A stretch of DNA of 36,169 nucleotides, taken from contig JANNXQ010000257.1 of assembly GCA_031409655.1 (NCBI GenBank), positions 1 to 36,169 on the forward strand, in the 5' to 3' direction. Both the position numbers and the translations under genes were made by a program. Origin of the DNA: Chthoniobacteraceae bacterium. Lineage in GTDB: Bacteria; Verrucomicrobiota; Verrucomicrobiia; Chthoniobacterales; Chthoniobacteraceae. The notes under the pieces are model-generated. The model was not told the origin of the DNA, made no database searches, and saw only the letters and a program-made list of their open reading frames with translations. Shown here in pieces: positions 1 to 9,225 of the stretch; positions within the stretch are counted from its first letter, which is position 1, and every line of letters begins with the position of its first letter.

Positions 1-600
1 GCCGCCGTCGGCACCACGCAGGCGAATGACCAGTTCGGCTTCTCGGTGGCCGTCGCGGGCGGCACGGTGGACGGGCGGGGATGGAAGGAGGGGTGGTGCA
101 CGTGGGGGTAGCAGGGCGGAGCGGGGCCGCCCAACGAGAGCGCCAACAGTGCCGGAGCGGCCTACGTCTTCGAGCGCAGCGCCGGGGTGTGGGCGCAGCA
201 GGCGTATCTGAAGCCCGCCGCCGTCGGCACCACGCAGGGGGGGGACTTTTTCGGCTACTCGGTGGCCGTGGCGGGCGACACGGTGGTCGTCGGGGCCAAC
301 TTGGAGGACAGCAGAACGACTGGTGTGAACAGCACGCCCGATGACGCCCTTGGCGTGAACGGCAATACCGGAGCGGCCTACATCTTCGTGCGTAGCGCCG
401 GGGTGTGGACGCAGCAGGCGTATCTGAAGCCCGCCGCCGTCGGCACCACGCAGGCGAATGACCAGTTCGGCATCTCGGTGGCCGTCGCGGGCGACACGGT
501 GGTCGTCGGGGCCTACTTTGAGGACAGCAGCACGCTGGGGGTGGCCGCCGGAGCGGGCACGCCCAATGAGAGCGCCAGCCTTGCCGGAGCGGCCTACGTC
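1..600 (+). repeat. Intragenic 216-bp tandem repeat (72-aa FG-GAP units)
   Basis: GCCGCCGTCGGCACCACGCAG recurs at 1, 217 and 433. Confidence 0.85.
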
Positions 601-1242
601 TTTACGGTTTTTGGCCCCACGGTGACGGGTATCACTCCCTCCGGCGGGCCCACGACCGGCGGCACAACTGTGACCATCACCGGACCCGAGTTCAACCTGG
701 CATCCACGACAATGGTAACCCTCGGAGGAGTGCCGGCGACCGGCGTGACGGTCTTGAATGGGACCACCATCACCGCGACGACCGGTGCCCATGCGACCGG
801 CTTGGTCGATGTCGTGGTGACCAACTTTGGCGGCCCCGGCACTGGCACCAATCTCTACCGGTATGCGAGCAACACGCTGGACACGGATGGTGACGGCCTG
901 AACGACGCCGCCGAACTCGTGTCCAGCGCACAGGGCTTCGACTGGCAGGTCGCTCAACCCGCGCTGGTCAACTCCTTCCGTTCCGGCCTCGGTCTCTACA
1001 CGCCCGCGCAAGTGCAGGCGCTCAAAGTGGGCACGCCGCTCATTCAACGCCACCCGACGACGGGCGTCTTCACCCTGACCATCGGCGTGGAGAAGAGCAC
1101 CACGCTCACGCCGCTGAGTTTCACGCCATTCTCCATGCTCACCGCACCGGGCGCGGCAACCACGCTCAACGGCGCAGGCAAGCTGGAGTTCCAGTTCACC
1201 GCGCCGGACAACGCGGCTTTCTTCCGCCTGCAATCGCAGTGA
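1..1242 (+). CDS. FG-GAP (integrin-alpha-like) repeat surface protein with IPT/TIG domain and verrucomicrobial-type C-terminal domain; 5'-partial, with an in-frame TAG at 109-111 in a corrupted stretch
   Basis: Repeats 'D.FG.SVAVAGDTVVVGA...GAAY.F.R.AGVW.QQAYLKP'; IPT motif 'PTVTGITPSGGPTTGGTTVTITG'; 'DTDGDGLND'; ends 'AAFFRLQSQ'. Frame 1 from base 1 reads AAVGTTQANDQFGFSVAV. Confidence 0.85.
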
Positions 1243-1376
1243 GGCTCCTCGCGCGCCACTCGTGTTTCAAACCGGAGCCTTCGAGGCCATCCCCAACAGC
1301 ATCGACTCCCGCGCCCTCTTGGCGCGGCACACAGACTCAGAAAACAGAGTGCCAGACAAATGGAGGCGATAGCTGA

Positions 1377-1730
1377 CCCGTCCCTATCTGCATCCCGACC
1401 GCCAGTGACCAGACCGTTGCATTCTGGAACACCGATACCGGCGCACAAACGCACCGCTTCACCATCGACACTCGCATCCACGCGCTCGCATTCAGTCCCG
1501 ATGCGCGGCTGCTCGCGATCGAGACCCGCGCTGGCATCACGCTGCATCGCGCGGTCCCTCCATTCGTCGAACTCGCGTGCCTCGCCCCCGTGCCCGATCG
1601 CGGTACCGCATCGTTTGCATTCAGCCGCGACGGTCGCCAACTGGCCGTGCGGACGGCCAATGGTGGAGCGATCGTCTGGCAACTCGACGCGCTCGAACGC
1701 GAACTCACCGCGTTCGGCATGGCGTGGTGA
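1377..1730 (+). pseudogene. 5'-truncated C-terminal fragment of a WD40-repeat protein (resembles the tail of PVC Ser/Thr kinase-WD40 proteins)
   Basis: Stop-to-stop frame absent from the ORF track: ...TASDQTVAFWNTDTG...IHALAFSPDARLLA...FAFSRDGRQLAV...IVWQLDALERELTAFGMAW*. In-frame TGA at 1374-1376 and no usable start. Confidence 0.7.
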
Positions 1731-1771
1731 TGCGGCGCTCCCGCCCCGCCCTTGGGACTCGCGAGCAAGTT

Positions 1772-1809
1772 TGCGATTGCCGGAGTTAATACGCAGACGT
1801 ATAAATCCG
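1772..1809 (+). promoter_or_regulatory. Sigma70-like promoter (TTGCCG-N17-TATAAA) with overlapping palindromic operator ATACG-CAGA-CGTAT
   Basis: About 30 bp upstream of the ALDH ATG; 33 of 38 bases identical to 6091-6128. Confidence 0.7.
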
Positions 1810-1838
1810 GCCCTTCGCTCCAGTCGTAATCCTTCACC

Positions 1839-3269
1839 ATGAATCTCCCGCATCTCCCCGCGATCCGTCGCGGCAAACCCTACGAAAGTCTCGACAAGAC
1901 CCAGGTCCTCAATCACCGCACCGGCCTGCCGATGGCCAGCGTCAGCCAGGTGAATGCGGGCATCATCCGCAAGGATCTCGCGAAGATCGGCGAGGCGCGC
2001 GCGGCGCTGAAGAAATTCTCCGTCGCGCAGCTCATCGAGATCTCCGCGCAGGCCGGCGAGATTTTCCTCAAAGGCGAACTGCCGCTCGGCGACCAGGGAC
2101 ACAAGCAGACGCGCATCCAGTACATCGAGACGCTCAGTGCCACGAGCGGACTGCCGCACAACATGGTGCAGCGGAACATGCAGAAGATTCACCACGCGAT
2201 GACGCACATGGGCGTGGTGCTCAATGGCCTCACGCGCGGACTCGCGCCGCTCGTCATCGATCGCGGCTACGGCGAGCAGAGCGGCGCGGCCGTGAGCTAC
2301 TACCCGACGACGAATGCCCTCGGGCTCGTGATGCCGAGCAATTCGCCCGCGGTGAATTCGCTCTGGCTCCCGGCTATCGCGCTGAAGACGCCGGTGATCA
2401 TCAAGCCCGGCCGCGAAGAGCCTTGGACGCCGTATCGTTTGATCCAGGCCTTCATCGCTGCCGGTGCGCCGGCGGAGGCGTTCGGCTTTTATCCCACCGA
2501 TCACGAAGGCTCCGCGGAAGTGATGAAGAGCTGCGGACGCGCGCTCATCTTCGGCGATGCGAATACGGTCGCGCAGTATAAGGACAATCCGAAATTCTCC
2601 GTCCACGGCCCGGGCTTCAGCAAGATCCTCATCGGCGACGACGAGATCGAAAACTGGCGGCACTACGTGGATCTCATGGTCGCCTCGATTTCAGAAAATG
2701 GCGGACGCTCCTGCGTGAATGCGAGCTGCGTGGTGGTGCCGAAATACGGCGCGGAGATCGCCGACGCCCTCGCGCGGAAACTCGGCGCTTACGAGCCGCT
2801 GCCCTTCGACGACGAGCACGCGAAGCTTTCCGGCTTTGCTAATCCGAAGATGGCGGACTTCATCGACGCCGCGATCGAGGACGGCCTGAAGACCCCCGGC
2901 GCGACGGACGTAACCGCGAAGTATCGCCACGGCTCACGCAAAGCGGAGTTTCAAGGCGGCGTGTATCTGCGCCCGACCATCGTCCATTGCGAGAGCTTCC
3001 AGCACCCACTCTCGAACAAGGAATACCTCTGCCCTTACGCCAGCGTCGTCGAAGTGCCGCAGAAGGACATACTCGCGCAGATCGGGGACTCGCTGGTCGT
3101 CACCGCCATCACGAAAGACCCCGCCTTCACCGAGCAACTCCTCGACTCCCACCTCATCGAACGCCTGAACCTCGGCCCGATCTCGACGATGAAGATCTCC
3201 TGGGACCAGCCGCACGAAGGCAACATGTTCGAGTTCCTCTACAAACGCCGCTCGATCGAGCGGGCGTAG
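1839..3269 (+). CDS. Aldehyde dehydrogenase / acyl-CoA reductase-like family protein
   Basis: 'VMPSNSP', 'IIKPG', catalytic-Cys region 'NGGRSCVNAS', 'EYLCP'; 476 aa. Confidence 0.85.
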   Translation: MNLPHLPAIRRGKPYESLDKTQVLNHRTGLPMASVSQVNAGIIRKDLAKIGEARAALKKFSVAQLIEISAQAGEIFLKGELPLGDQGHKQTRIQYIETLSATSGLPHNMVQRNMQKIHHAMTHMGVVLNGLTRGLAPLVIDRGYGEQSGAAVSYYPTTNALGLVMPSNSPAVNSLWLPAIALKTPVIIKPGREEPWTPYRLIQAFIAAGAPAEAFGFYPTDHEGSAEVMKSCGRALIFGDANTVAQYKDNPKFSVHGPGFSKILIGDDEIENWRHYVDLMVASISENGGRSCVNASCVVVPKYGAEIADALARKLGAYEPLPFDDEHAKLSGFANPKMADFIDAAIEDGLKTPGATDVTAKYRHGSRKAEFQGGVYLRPTIVHCESFQHPLSNKEYLCPYASVVEVPQKDILAQIGDSLVVTAITKDPAFTEQLLDSHLIERLNLGPISTMKISWDQPHEGNMFEFLYKRRSIERA

Positions 3270-3311
3270 AACGAGCAGGCTTTTTTGCGCTGCTCGCTCT
3301 CCGGTAAGGTT

Positions 3312-3614
3312 TCAGCGTGCGACGACGAGCCTCACGCCGGGCCAGCCCGGAATGACACGCTGGCCGCTCTCGTCGCGCCGGACGATGCGCAAGGGTTTGA
3401 AGAGCGTGGGATGCGCCGCCACGAGCCGCGCAAATCCCTCATCCGAATGCGCGAAGCCAATGGTGCGCAGATGGCGGAAACTGCGGGAGCTGTAGTGGGG
3501 TTCGCGCACCAGACGGTCGAGTGCGGCGGCGGCGGCTGGCTCGCTCGCGGCTTTAGCGGCGGCGAGGGCGGTGGCCACGGACTTTGGCAGCGGATCGGTG
3601 CGTTTGGTTTGCAC
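3312..3614 (-). CDS. Small hypothetical protein (about 100 aa; GTG start inferred)
   Basis: C-terminal part of ORF 3312..3911 looks protein-like (LDRLVREPHYSSRSFRHLRTIGF...VIPGWPGVRL) and fills the gap between ALDH and the divergent gene at 3692. Confidence 0.45.
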   Translation of the reverse strand: MQTKRTDPLPKSVATALAAAKAASEPAAAAALDRLVREPHYSSRSFRHLRTIGFAHSDEGFARLVAAHPTLFKPLRIVRRDESGQRVIPGWPGVRLVVAR

Positions 3615-3691
3615 GGCGGTCGGGGCTTTTTCGCCGCTGGTGAGTCGCCTCAATATTGCCAATCGCGTGGCCTTTGGCGCAGTCTCAGTCC

Positions 3692-4942
3692 ATGCCTGCG
3701 AATCCAGATCCCTCCGATCCGCCCCACGTTCCCACGGCCTTCGACGTTCAGCATGTGGCGGCGGCGATGAAGGCGACGATGGGCGAGGATTTTGTGAAAA
3801 TGATGCGCGAGGTGGGCGTGGACATTGAAGGGATGGCGGCGCTGGTGCCGCTGGCGACGGCGTTGCGCGATGAGCGCAAGCGGCGCGGCATCTCGTATGC
3901 CGATGCGGCAAAGGCGCTCGCCACGACGCAGAAAGCGCTCAAGGCGATCGAGGCTGGTGAGCCGGGCGGGATCGACGGCGCGGTGCTCGCGCGGTTTGCG
4001 CAGTGGCTGGGGCTCGCGGATTATCTCCGGCGCTGGGCTCACGCGCAGCCGGCGCTGGCGGAGCGCATCGGGTTGCCGGCGGAGTTTCGCGCGGAGGGAA
4101 AGGCGCCCGCTGCCGGGGCGCAGCCATTTCTTCCCGATCTGCCGCTGTCGGGGCCGCCGCCGAAGCTGCTTCCGGCCGGGCACACGTTTCCGATTTCGCC
4201 GGGTGGAGACGATGGGTCGTTCGCCGGATTAGAGCTGATCAAGAAACTGGCCGAGGGCGATCCGGCGCTCACCGAGTGGGTCGCGCAGGCCTTCGCGGAT
4301 ATCGACGATGACGACCTGGAGATGTTCGCAGACGAACCGGCGGCACCGGCGACCTATGAATTTGAGATCACGCTGAGGCACGTGAAGCCGCGGACCTGGC
4401 GGCGATTCCGCGTGCAAAATACGATCACGCTCGCGCAACTCCACGACGTGGTGCAGGCCGTGATGGGCTGGAAGGACAGTCACCTGCACGCCTGGGACAT
4501 CGATGGCGTGCGCTTCGAGCGACCGTATCCGAATTCGGACTTCGAGGCCTCCGACGAGCCTCCGGAGGATGAGCGCAAATGCCGGCTCGCGGACTTTGAC
4601 CTGAGCGAAAAGGACGCACTGTTTTACGAGTACGACTTCGGTGACGGCTGGGAGCACCGCGTCGTGCTGAAAAAAATCCTGCCGTCCGAGCCCGCCGCGC
4701 CGCCGACGTGCATCAAGGGTGCCCGCGCCTGTCCGCCGGAGGATTGCGGCGGGCCGTGGGGCTTTGCAGAGGTGCTCGAGGCGCTGGGCGATCCGGCGCA
4801 TGAGCGGCATGAGGAGTTGGTGGATTGGATCGGCGAATTCGACGCGGAGAAGTTCGACCTCGCGGCGACGAATGCGCATCTGGCTGCGATCGCGAAGAGC
4901 TGGCGTCCGCGCCGGCCGCGGCGGGGCAAGGGGCGGCGCTGA
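3692..4942 (+). CDS. XRE-type HTH domain fused to plasmid pRiA4b ORF-3 family domain
   Basis: N-terminal 'LRDERKRRGISYADAAKALATTQKALKAIEAG'; C-terminal 'TLAQLHDVVQAVMGWKDSHLHAW', 'YEYDFGDGWEH', 'CPPEDCGG'. ATG at 3692 preferred over TTG at 3656. Confidence 0.85.
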   Translation: MPANPDPSDPPHVPTAFDVQHVAAAMKATMGEDFVKMMREVGVDIEGMAALVPLATALRDERKRRGISYADAAKALATTQKALKAIEAGEPGGIDGAVLARFAQWLGLADYLRRWAHAQPALAERIGLPAEFRAEGKAPAAGAQPFLPDLPLSGPPPKLLPAGHTFPISPGGDDGSFAGLELIKKLAEGDPALTEWVAQAFADIDDDDLEMFADEPAAPATYEFEITLRHVKPRTWRRFRVQNTITLAQLHDVVQAVMGWKDSHLHAWDIDGVRFERPYPNSDFEASDEPPEDERKCRLADFDLSEKDALFYEYDFGDGWEHRVVLKKILPSEPAAPPTCIKGARACPPEDCGGPWGFAEVLEALGDPAHERHEELVDWIGEFDAEKFDLAATNAHLAAIAKSWRPRRPRRGKGRR

Positions 4943-5033
4943 ACGATCGCGGCAGCGACCAGCAGAGCGGTGCGGAGTGAAAGCCCCGCGCCGGCCGAAT
5001 GTCCGAACTTCCCTCGGAATACAGCCCGCCTCG

Positions 5034-5912
5034 CTACTCCGCCCAGGCGGTCGGGAAGACGGCGGGGTCGCTGAAGTCCGGGTCGCCGTTCGGCAGTTTG
5101 CGGCAGAGCTTTTCGTCGAACATCTCGACCTTCCGCCCCTGCGGATCGAGCATCGAGCGGTAGTGATTCTCGCCGTCCTGATAGTGCGCGGCGTAGGAAA
5201 GACGGGGCTCGCCGCTGGTATTCGGATAGCTGCCGTGGACGGTCCAGCCATGGTGAAAGCTGCATTGGCCGCGCTTCATGATCATGGGCTCGACTTTCAC
5301 GTCGTGGCCTTCGGCGCGCAGGCGGTCCTCCATTTCGGCGAAGTTCTGTTTATTGAAAAAACGGAAGTGCTCCATGCCCTTCCAGAGGTGACTGCCGGGC
5401 ATCACGGCGAGCGGGCTGCGGTTCTGCGGCAAATCGTGGAAGGGCACCCAGGAGGTGATGAGCTTATCCGAACTGCACGTCCCCCAGTAGGCGTGATCGG
5501 TATGCCAGCCGGTGCCGACGCCCGGAGCGTCGCTGGTGCCGGAGGGCTTGTAGAAAAGCTGATCGTCGAGGAGACGCACGACTTTGCCGCGCATGAGCTT
5601 GGCGGCGATGGCGCCAATGAGCGGATAGACGGCCATCTCGAGCAGCTCCTTCTTTTGCAGCGAGATGAATTCATTGATCCGCTGCCCGTCGCCGTCGCCT
5701 TTCTTCCAATTCACATAGCCAGTGTCAAAGGGCAGCACCGCATCCACTTCGCCGTCCCAGAAGCGCTGGATGCCAGCGTAGGTCGAGTCCAGCAGGGACT
5801 CGGGGATGACGCCTTCCTTGGTGATGTAGTACCCATTGGCCTCGTAGAAGGCGACGTCGTTGTCGTCGGGCAGGAGGGCGCTTTGCTCAGGTGTGAGTTT
5901 GAATGAAGACAT
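5034..5912 (-). CDS. Phytanoyl-CoA dioxygenase (PhyH) family Fe(II)/2-oxoglutarate oxygenase
   Basis: 'FYEANGY', HxD motif 'WHTDHAYW', 'V.PGSH', distal His 'HHGWTVHGSYPN..R'. Start at MSSFKL. Confidence 0.85.
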   Translation of the reverse strand: MSSFKLTPEQSALLPDDNDVAFYEANGYYITKEGVIPESLLDSTYAGIQRFWDGEVDAVLPFDTGYVNWKKGDGDGQRINEFISLQKKELLEMAVYPLIGAIAAKLMRGKVVRLLDDQLFYKPSGTSDAPGVGTGWHTDHAYWGTCSSDKLITSWVPFHDLPQNRSPLAVMPGSHLWKGMEHFRFFNKQNFAEMEDRLRAEGHDVKVEPMIMKRGQCSFHHGWTVHGSYPNTSGEPRLSYAAHYQDGENHYRSMLDPQGRKVEMFDEKLCRKLPNGDPDFSDPAVFPTAWAE

Positions 5913-6090
5913 TGCGGAATGATCGGATTTTCTGTGGCTCCTAGCTTCGCCGACCACGGAGCGATGCGCTCCGGGCCGGTCTGCCAGCAAGCGTGGATTT
6001 TGGCTCGTGAGTTTCAAGCGCATTTCGTGCCGAATGCGGTCGGGCAGAAAACGCCGGTCGCACGGGCGGCCGAAAGAGCTCTCAGGAAAA

Positions 6091-6128
6091 TGCGGTTGTC
6101 GCGGTTATTACGCAGACGTATAAATCCG
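6091..6128 (+). promoter_or_regulatory. Second copy of promoter/operator (TTGTCG-N17-TATAAA; TACG-CAGA-CGTA)
   Basis: TACGCAGACGTATAAATCCG identical to 1790-1809; upstream of the ADH sub-operon. Confidence 0.7.
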
Positions 6129-6149
6129 CAGCAGCAGCCCCACCACCTC

Positions 6150-6230
6150 ATGGTTCCAATCTCGGAGATGACGCCGCCCATCCTCACGCTATCCTACCGA
6201 CGGCGCCGCGGTTTTCGCGGTGCTCGCTGA
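6150..6230 (+). CDS. Candidate 26-aa leader/small peptide MVPISEMTPPILTLSYRRRRGFRGAR
   Basis: ATG preceded by C/A-rich CCCCACCACCTC, about 20 nt after the -10 box; ends 17 nt before the ADH ATG; overlaps a GC hairpin followed by a T-run. Confidence 0.3.
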   Translation: MVPISEMTPPILTLSYRRRRGFRGAR

Positions 6231-6247
6231 AACTTTTTTCTCTGCTC

Positions 6248-7393
6248 ATGCATTCCGTCGGCTTCGATTTTCAACCCCGCACTCGGGTCGTTTTTGGCGC
6301 CGATACCCTGGAGCGCGTGGGTGAACTGGCGCGCGATCTGGGCGGCAAAAGGATCCTGCTCGTGACGGACAAAGGACTCGCCGCCGCTGGGCATCCGACG
6401 CGCGCGATCGGGTTCCTGGAGGCCGCTGGTCTCCATGTCACGGTGTATGACGAGGTCCGGGAAAATCCGACGACCCTCGACGTGGATCGCTGCGTCCGCG
6501 CGGCGCAGGACGCGGGTATCGATTTTTTCGTCGGCCTCGGCGGCGGGAGCAGCATGGACACGGCGAAAGGCGCGAACTTCATCCTCACCAATGGCGGTGA
6601 GATGAAGGACTACTGGGGCGTGTGCAAGGCGGCGAAGCCGATGCTGCCGCTGATCGCGATCCCGACGACTTCCGGCACCGGGAGCGAATGTCAGTCCTTT
6701 GCGCTGATCTCAGATGAAGAGACGCACATGAAGATGGCGTGCGGCGATCCGAAGGCGGCGGCGCGCGTGGCCATCCTCGATCCCCTGCTCACCCTCTCGC
6801 AGCCAGCACGGGTCACGGCCTGCACCGGCATCGATGCGCTGGCGCACGCCGTCGAGACGGCGGTAACGAAGAAACGCACGCCGCTTTCGGCGATGTATTC
6901 CCACGAGGCTTTCCGGCTCTGCATCGGCAGCCTCGAGCGGGTGCTCCGCGATCCGCGCGATCTCGAAGCGCGCAGCATGATGCAGCTCGGTGCGGCCTTC
7001 GCCGGCACGGCGATCGAAAACTCCATGCTCGGCGCCGCGCACGCCGCGGCCAATCCGCTGACCGCAAACTTCGGCATCGTCCACGGCCAGGCCGTCGGGC
7101 TGATGCTGCCGGGGGTGGTGCGCTTCAATGCGCGCGATTCCGAGGCCCATGCGCGCTACCATGAACTGGCCGCCGAGGCGGATCTCGGGCCCATCGACGA
7201 GCTGATCGGCGAACTCCAGACGATCCTCGACGTGGCGAAAATGCGCGAAGGCCTCAGCCAACTCGGCATCGCCCGCGATACCCTGCCCAAGCTTGCCGTG
7301 GAGGCCTCGAAGCAATGGACCGCGACTTTCAATCCGCGTCCGATCGGCGCGGAAGATTTCGAGCAGCTCTACGTGGAGGCGCTCGGGCTATGA
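6248..7393 (+). CDS. Iron-containing alcohol dehydrogenase
   Basis: 'GLGGGSSMD', 'PTTSGTGSE', metal ligands 'DALAHAVE' and 'AAHAAA...IVHG'. Confidence 0.93.
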   Translation: MHSVGFDFQPRTRVVFGADTLERVGELARDLGGKRILLVTDKGLAAAGHPTRAIGFLEAAGLHVTVYDEVRENPTTLDVDRCVRAAQDAGIDFFVGLGGGSSMDTAKGANFILTNGGEMKDYWGVCKAAKPMLPLIAIPTTSGTGSECQSFALISDEETHMKMACGDPKAAARVAILDPLLTLSQPARVTACTGIDALAHAVETAVTKKRTPLSAMYSHEAFRLCIGSLERVLRDPRDLEARSMMQLGAAFAGTAIENSMLGAAHAAANPLTANFGIVHGQAVGLMLPGVVRFNARDSEAHARYHELAAEADLGPIDELIGELQTILDVAKMREGLSQLGIARDTLPKLAVEASKQWTATFNPRPIGAEDFEQLYVEALGL

Positions 7394-8580
7394 GGGGAAA
7401 CATCGAACATCGAACGTCGAACATCGAACATCGAAGGTTCGCCACCACGCTGCGTTACGGTATCCGAGTGCTCCTCGTTGGATGTTCGCTGTTCGACGTT
7501 CAATGTTCGATGTTCTCCGCCGCCGCCGCCGATTGGCCCATGCACCGCGGCAGCCCCGAACTCCGCGGGATCGCGCAAATGCCCGCTCCGGAGAAGGTCG
7601 AACTCGCCTGGCAATTCAAAGCCGAGAAGCCCGTGAAAGCCGCCGCTGCGATCGCCGGCGGTCGCGTCTTCTTCGGGGACGATGCCGGGAAGATCTACGC
7701 CGTCGATCTCGCGACTGGAAAGGAAGTGTGGTCCTTCAAAACCGAAGCCGGCATCGAAGCCACGCCGCTCGTGCTCGAAGGCGTCGTCTTCCTCGGCTCT
7801 GGCGATGGCAGTCTCTACGCCCTCGACGCCGCGACCGGCGTGGAAAAGTGGCGCTACAAGACCGACGACAAAATCCTCGGCGGCGCGAACTACGCGAAGA
7901 ACCCCACCGGCAACGGCCACTGGATCCTCGTCGGCAGTTACGACTCCAGCCTGCATTGCATCGATGCCGCCACCGGCAAAGGCATCTGGAAGCACGAGAC
8001 CGAAAATTACATTAACGGCGCGCCCGTCGTCACGCCGGATGGCGAGATCATCTTCGGCGGTTGCGACAGCTTCATCCACGTCCTCGCGCTGAAGGACGGC
8101 AGCGAACTGCGCCAGATCGAATCCGAAGCCTACATCGCCTCCTCCGTCGCCACCGCCGACGGCCTCGGTTACGTCGGTAACTACGGCAACATCGTCATCG
8201 CCTTTAACCCCAAGGACGGCGCGATCCTCTGGAAGTATCGCGACCGCAATTTCCCCTACTACTCCTCCGCCGCCGTCACCGAAGACCGGGTCATCCTCGG
8301 CTGCCGCGACAAGCGCCTGCACTGCATCGACCGCGCCACCGGCAAAGGCGTCTGGACCTTCCAGACCCGCGGCGAAGTCGAGAGCTCGCCCGTCGTCTGC
8401 GGCGAAGTAATCGTCGTCGGCTCCGGCGATGGCCGGCTCTACGGCGTGAGCCTCGCCGATGGCAAGGAACGCTGGGCCTACGAAATCGGCGCCCCCGTGA
8501 CCGCGTCACCCGCCGTCGCCGATGGCCGGATCGTCATCGGCGCGGAAGACGGCGCGGTGTATTGCTTCACCGCTAAGTAG
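7390..8580 (+). CDS. Secreted PQQ-like (BamB-like) beta-propeller repeat protein
   Basis: ATGA overlap with the ADH stop; signal peptide ending 'SAAAA-DWPMHRG'; repeated 'A.D..TG...W' blades. Confidence 0.88.
   Translation: MRGNIEHRTSNIEHRRFATTLRYGIRVLLVGCSLFDVQCSMFSAAAADWPMHRGSPELRGIAQMPAPEKVELAWQFKAEKPVKAAAAIAGGRVFFGDDAGKIYAVDLATGKEVWSFKTEAGIEATPLVLEGVVFLGSGDGSLYALDAATGVEKWRYKTDDKILGGANYAKNPTGNGHWILVGSYDSSLHCIDAATGKGIWKHETENYINGAPVVTPDGEIIFGGCDSFIHVLALKDGSELRQIESEAYIASSVATADGLGYVGNYGNIVIAFNPKDGAILWKYRDRNFPYYSSAAVTEDRVILGCRDKRLHCIDRATGKGVWTFQTRGEVESSPVVCGEVIVVGSGDGRLYGVSLADGKERWAYEIGAPVTASPAVADGRIVIGAEDGAVYCFTAK
7399..7514. repeat. Inverted heptamer arrays: 5x AACATCG-like (7399-7433) and 5x CGATGTT-like (7480-7514)
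   Basis: Read directly from the sequence; arms are reverse complements and lie in the signal-peptide coding region. Confidence 0.85.
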
Positions 8581-8586
8581 CGCCGC

Positions 8587-9225
8587 TCACCGCGGCCGGA
8601 TCAGACACCGCGCCGGCGCTCCATCGCGCGCGTGATACTTGATCGGGAGACAGAGCAGATCGTAGTTACCAGGCTTCACCTTCGAGAGGTCGAGCCCTTC
8701 GATGATCCACACTTCCGCGCCGAGCAGGATGTGATGCGTCTCGATCCCGTCTTTGTAAAATCCCCCGACGCTCAAGTAATCCACGCCCACCGTCTGCACC
8801 CCGCAATCCACCAGATACTGCGCGCCCTCCTTAGCGATGTAGATGAAGTCCTTGTCAAACTCGGGCTTCTGCCAGCTCACCGCCGAGTTATTCGTCTTAA
8901 AGAGCAGACGCTCGCCCTTCTTCGGCTTCAGCTTCTTCAGTTCGGCAGGCTTGATGGCCGACTTATCGCGAATCGGCACCACGCGCGCCGGTCCGATGAC
9001 AGCGTCCCACGGGAGGTCATCCATCGTCTTCGCCCCATGGAGGAAGTGCAGCGGCGCGTCCATGTGGGTGCCGACATGGGAACTCATGGTGACGGCAGAA
9101 ACATTGCACACGTCGCCCTTCGCCGTGCTCACGTGGGTAGTGAAGTAGAACGGCGGATCCCCCGGCCACGTATGCATGCCATTGCGCATCGGGACGGAGA
9201 TATCGATCCAGGGGTTCTTGCTCAT
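8587..9225 (-). CDS. Cyclase family metal-dependent hydrolase (kynurenine formamidase-like)
   Basis: 'WPGDP', 'HVGTHMDAPLHF', 'GVDYLS', 'IIEGL', 'DGAPAR'. Confidence 0.9.
   Translation of the reverse strand: MSKNPWIDISVPMRNGMHTWPGDPPFYFTTHVSTAKGDVCNVSAVTMSSHVGTHMDAPLHFLHGAKTMDDLPWDAVIGPARVVPIRDKSAIKPAELKKLKPKKGERLLFKTNNSAVSWQKPEFDKDFIYIAKEGAQYLVDCGVQTVGVDYLSVGGFYKDGIETHHILLGAEVWIIEGLDLSKVKPGNYDLLCLPIKYHARDGAPARCLIRPR

Noticed and set aside
1..600. Diversity-generating retroelement template/variable repeat pair
   Set aside because: Differences are not adenine-specific and there is no reverse transcriptase gene; these are ordinary FG-GAP coding repeats.
1326..1356. CIRCE/HrcA-like inverted repeat (ACTC-N8-GAGTGCCA)
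   Set aside because: Spacer is 8 rather than 9, the left arm is poor and no chaperone gene follows.
8587..9225. kynB in a tryptophan degradation operon
   Set aside because: No kynA or kynU adjacent; only the family can be assigned.
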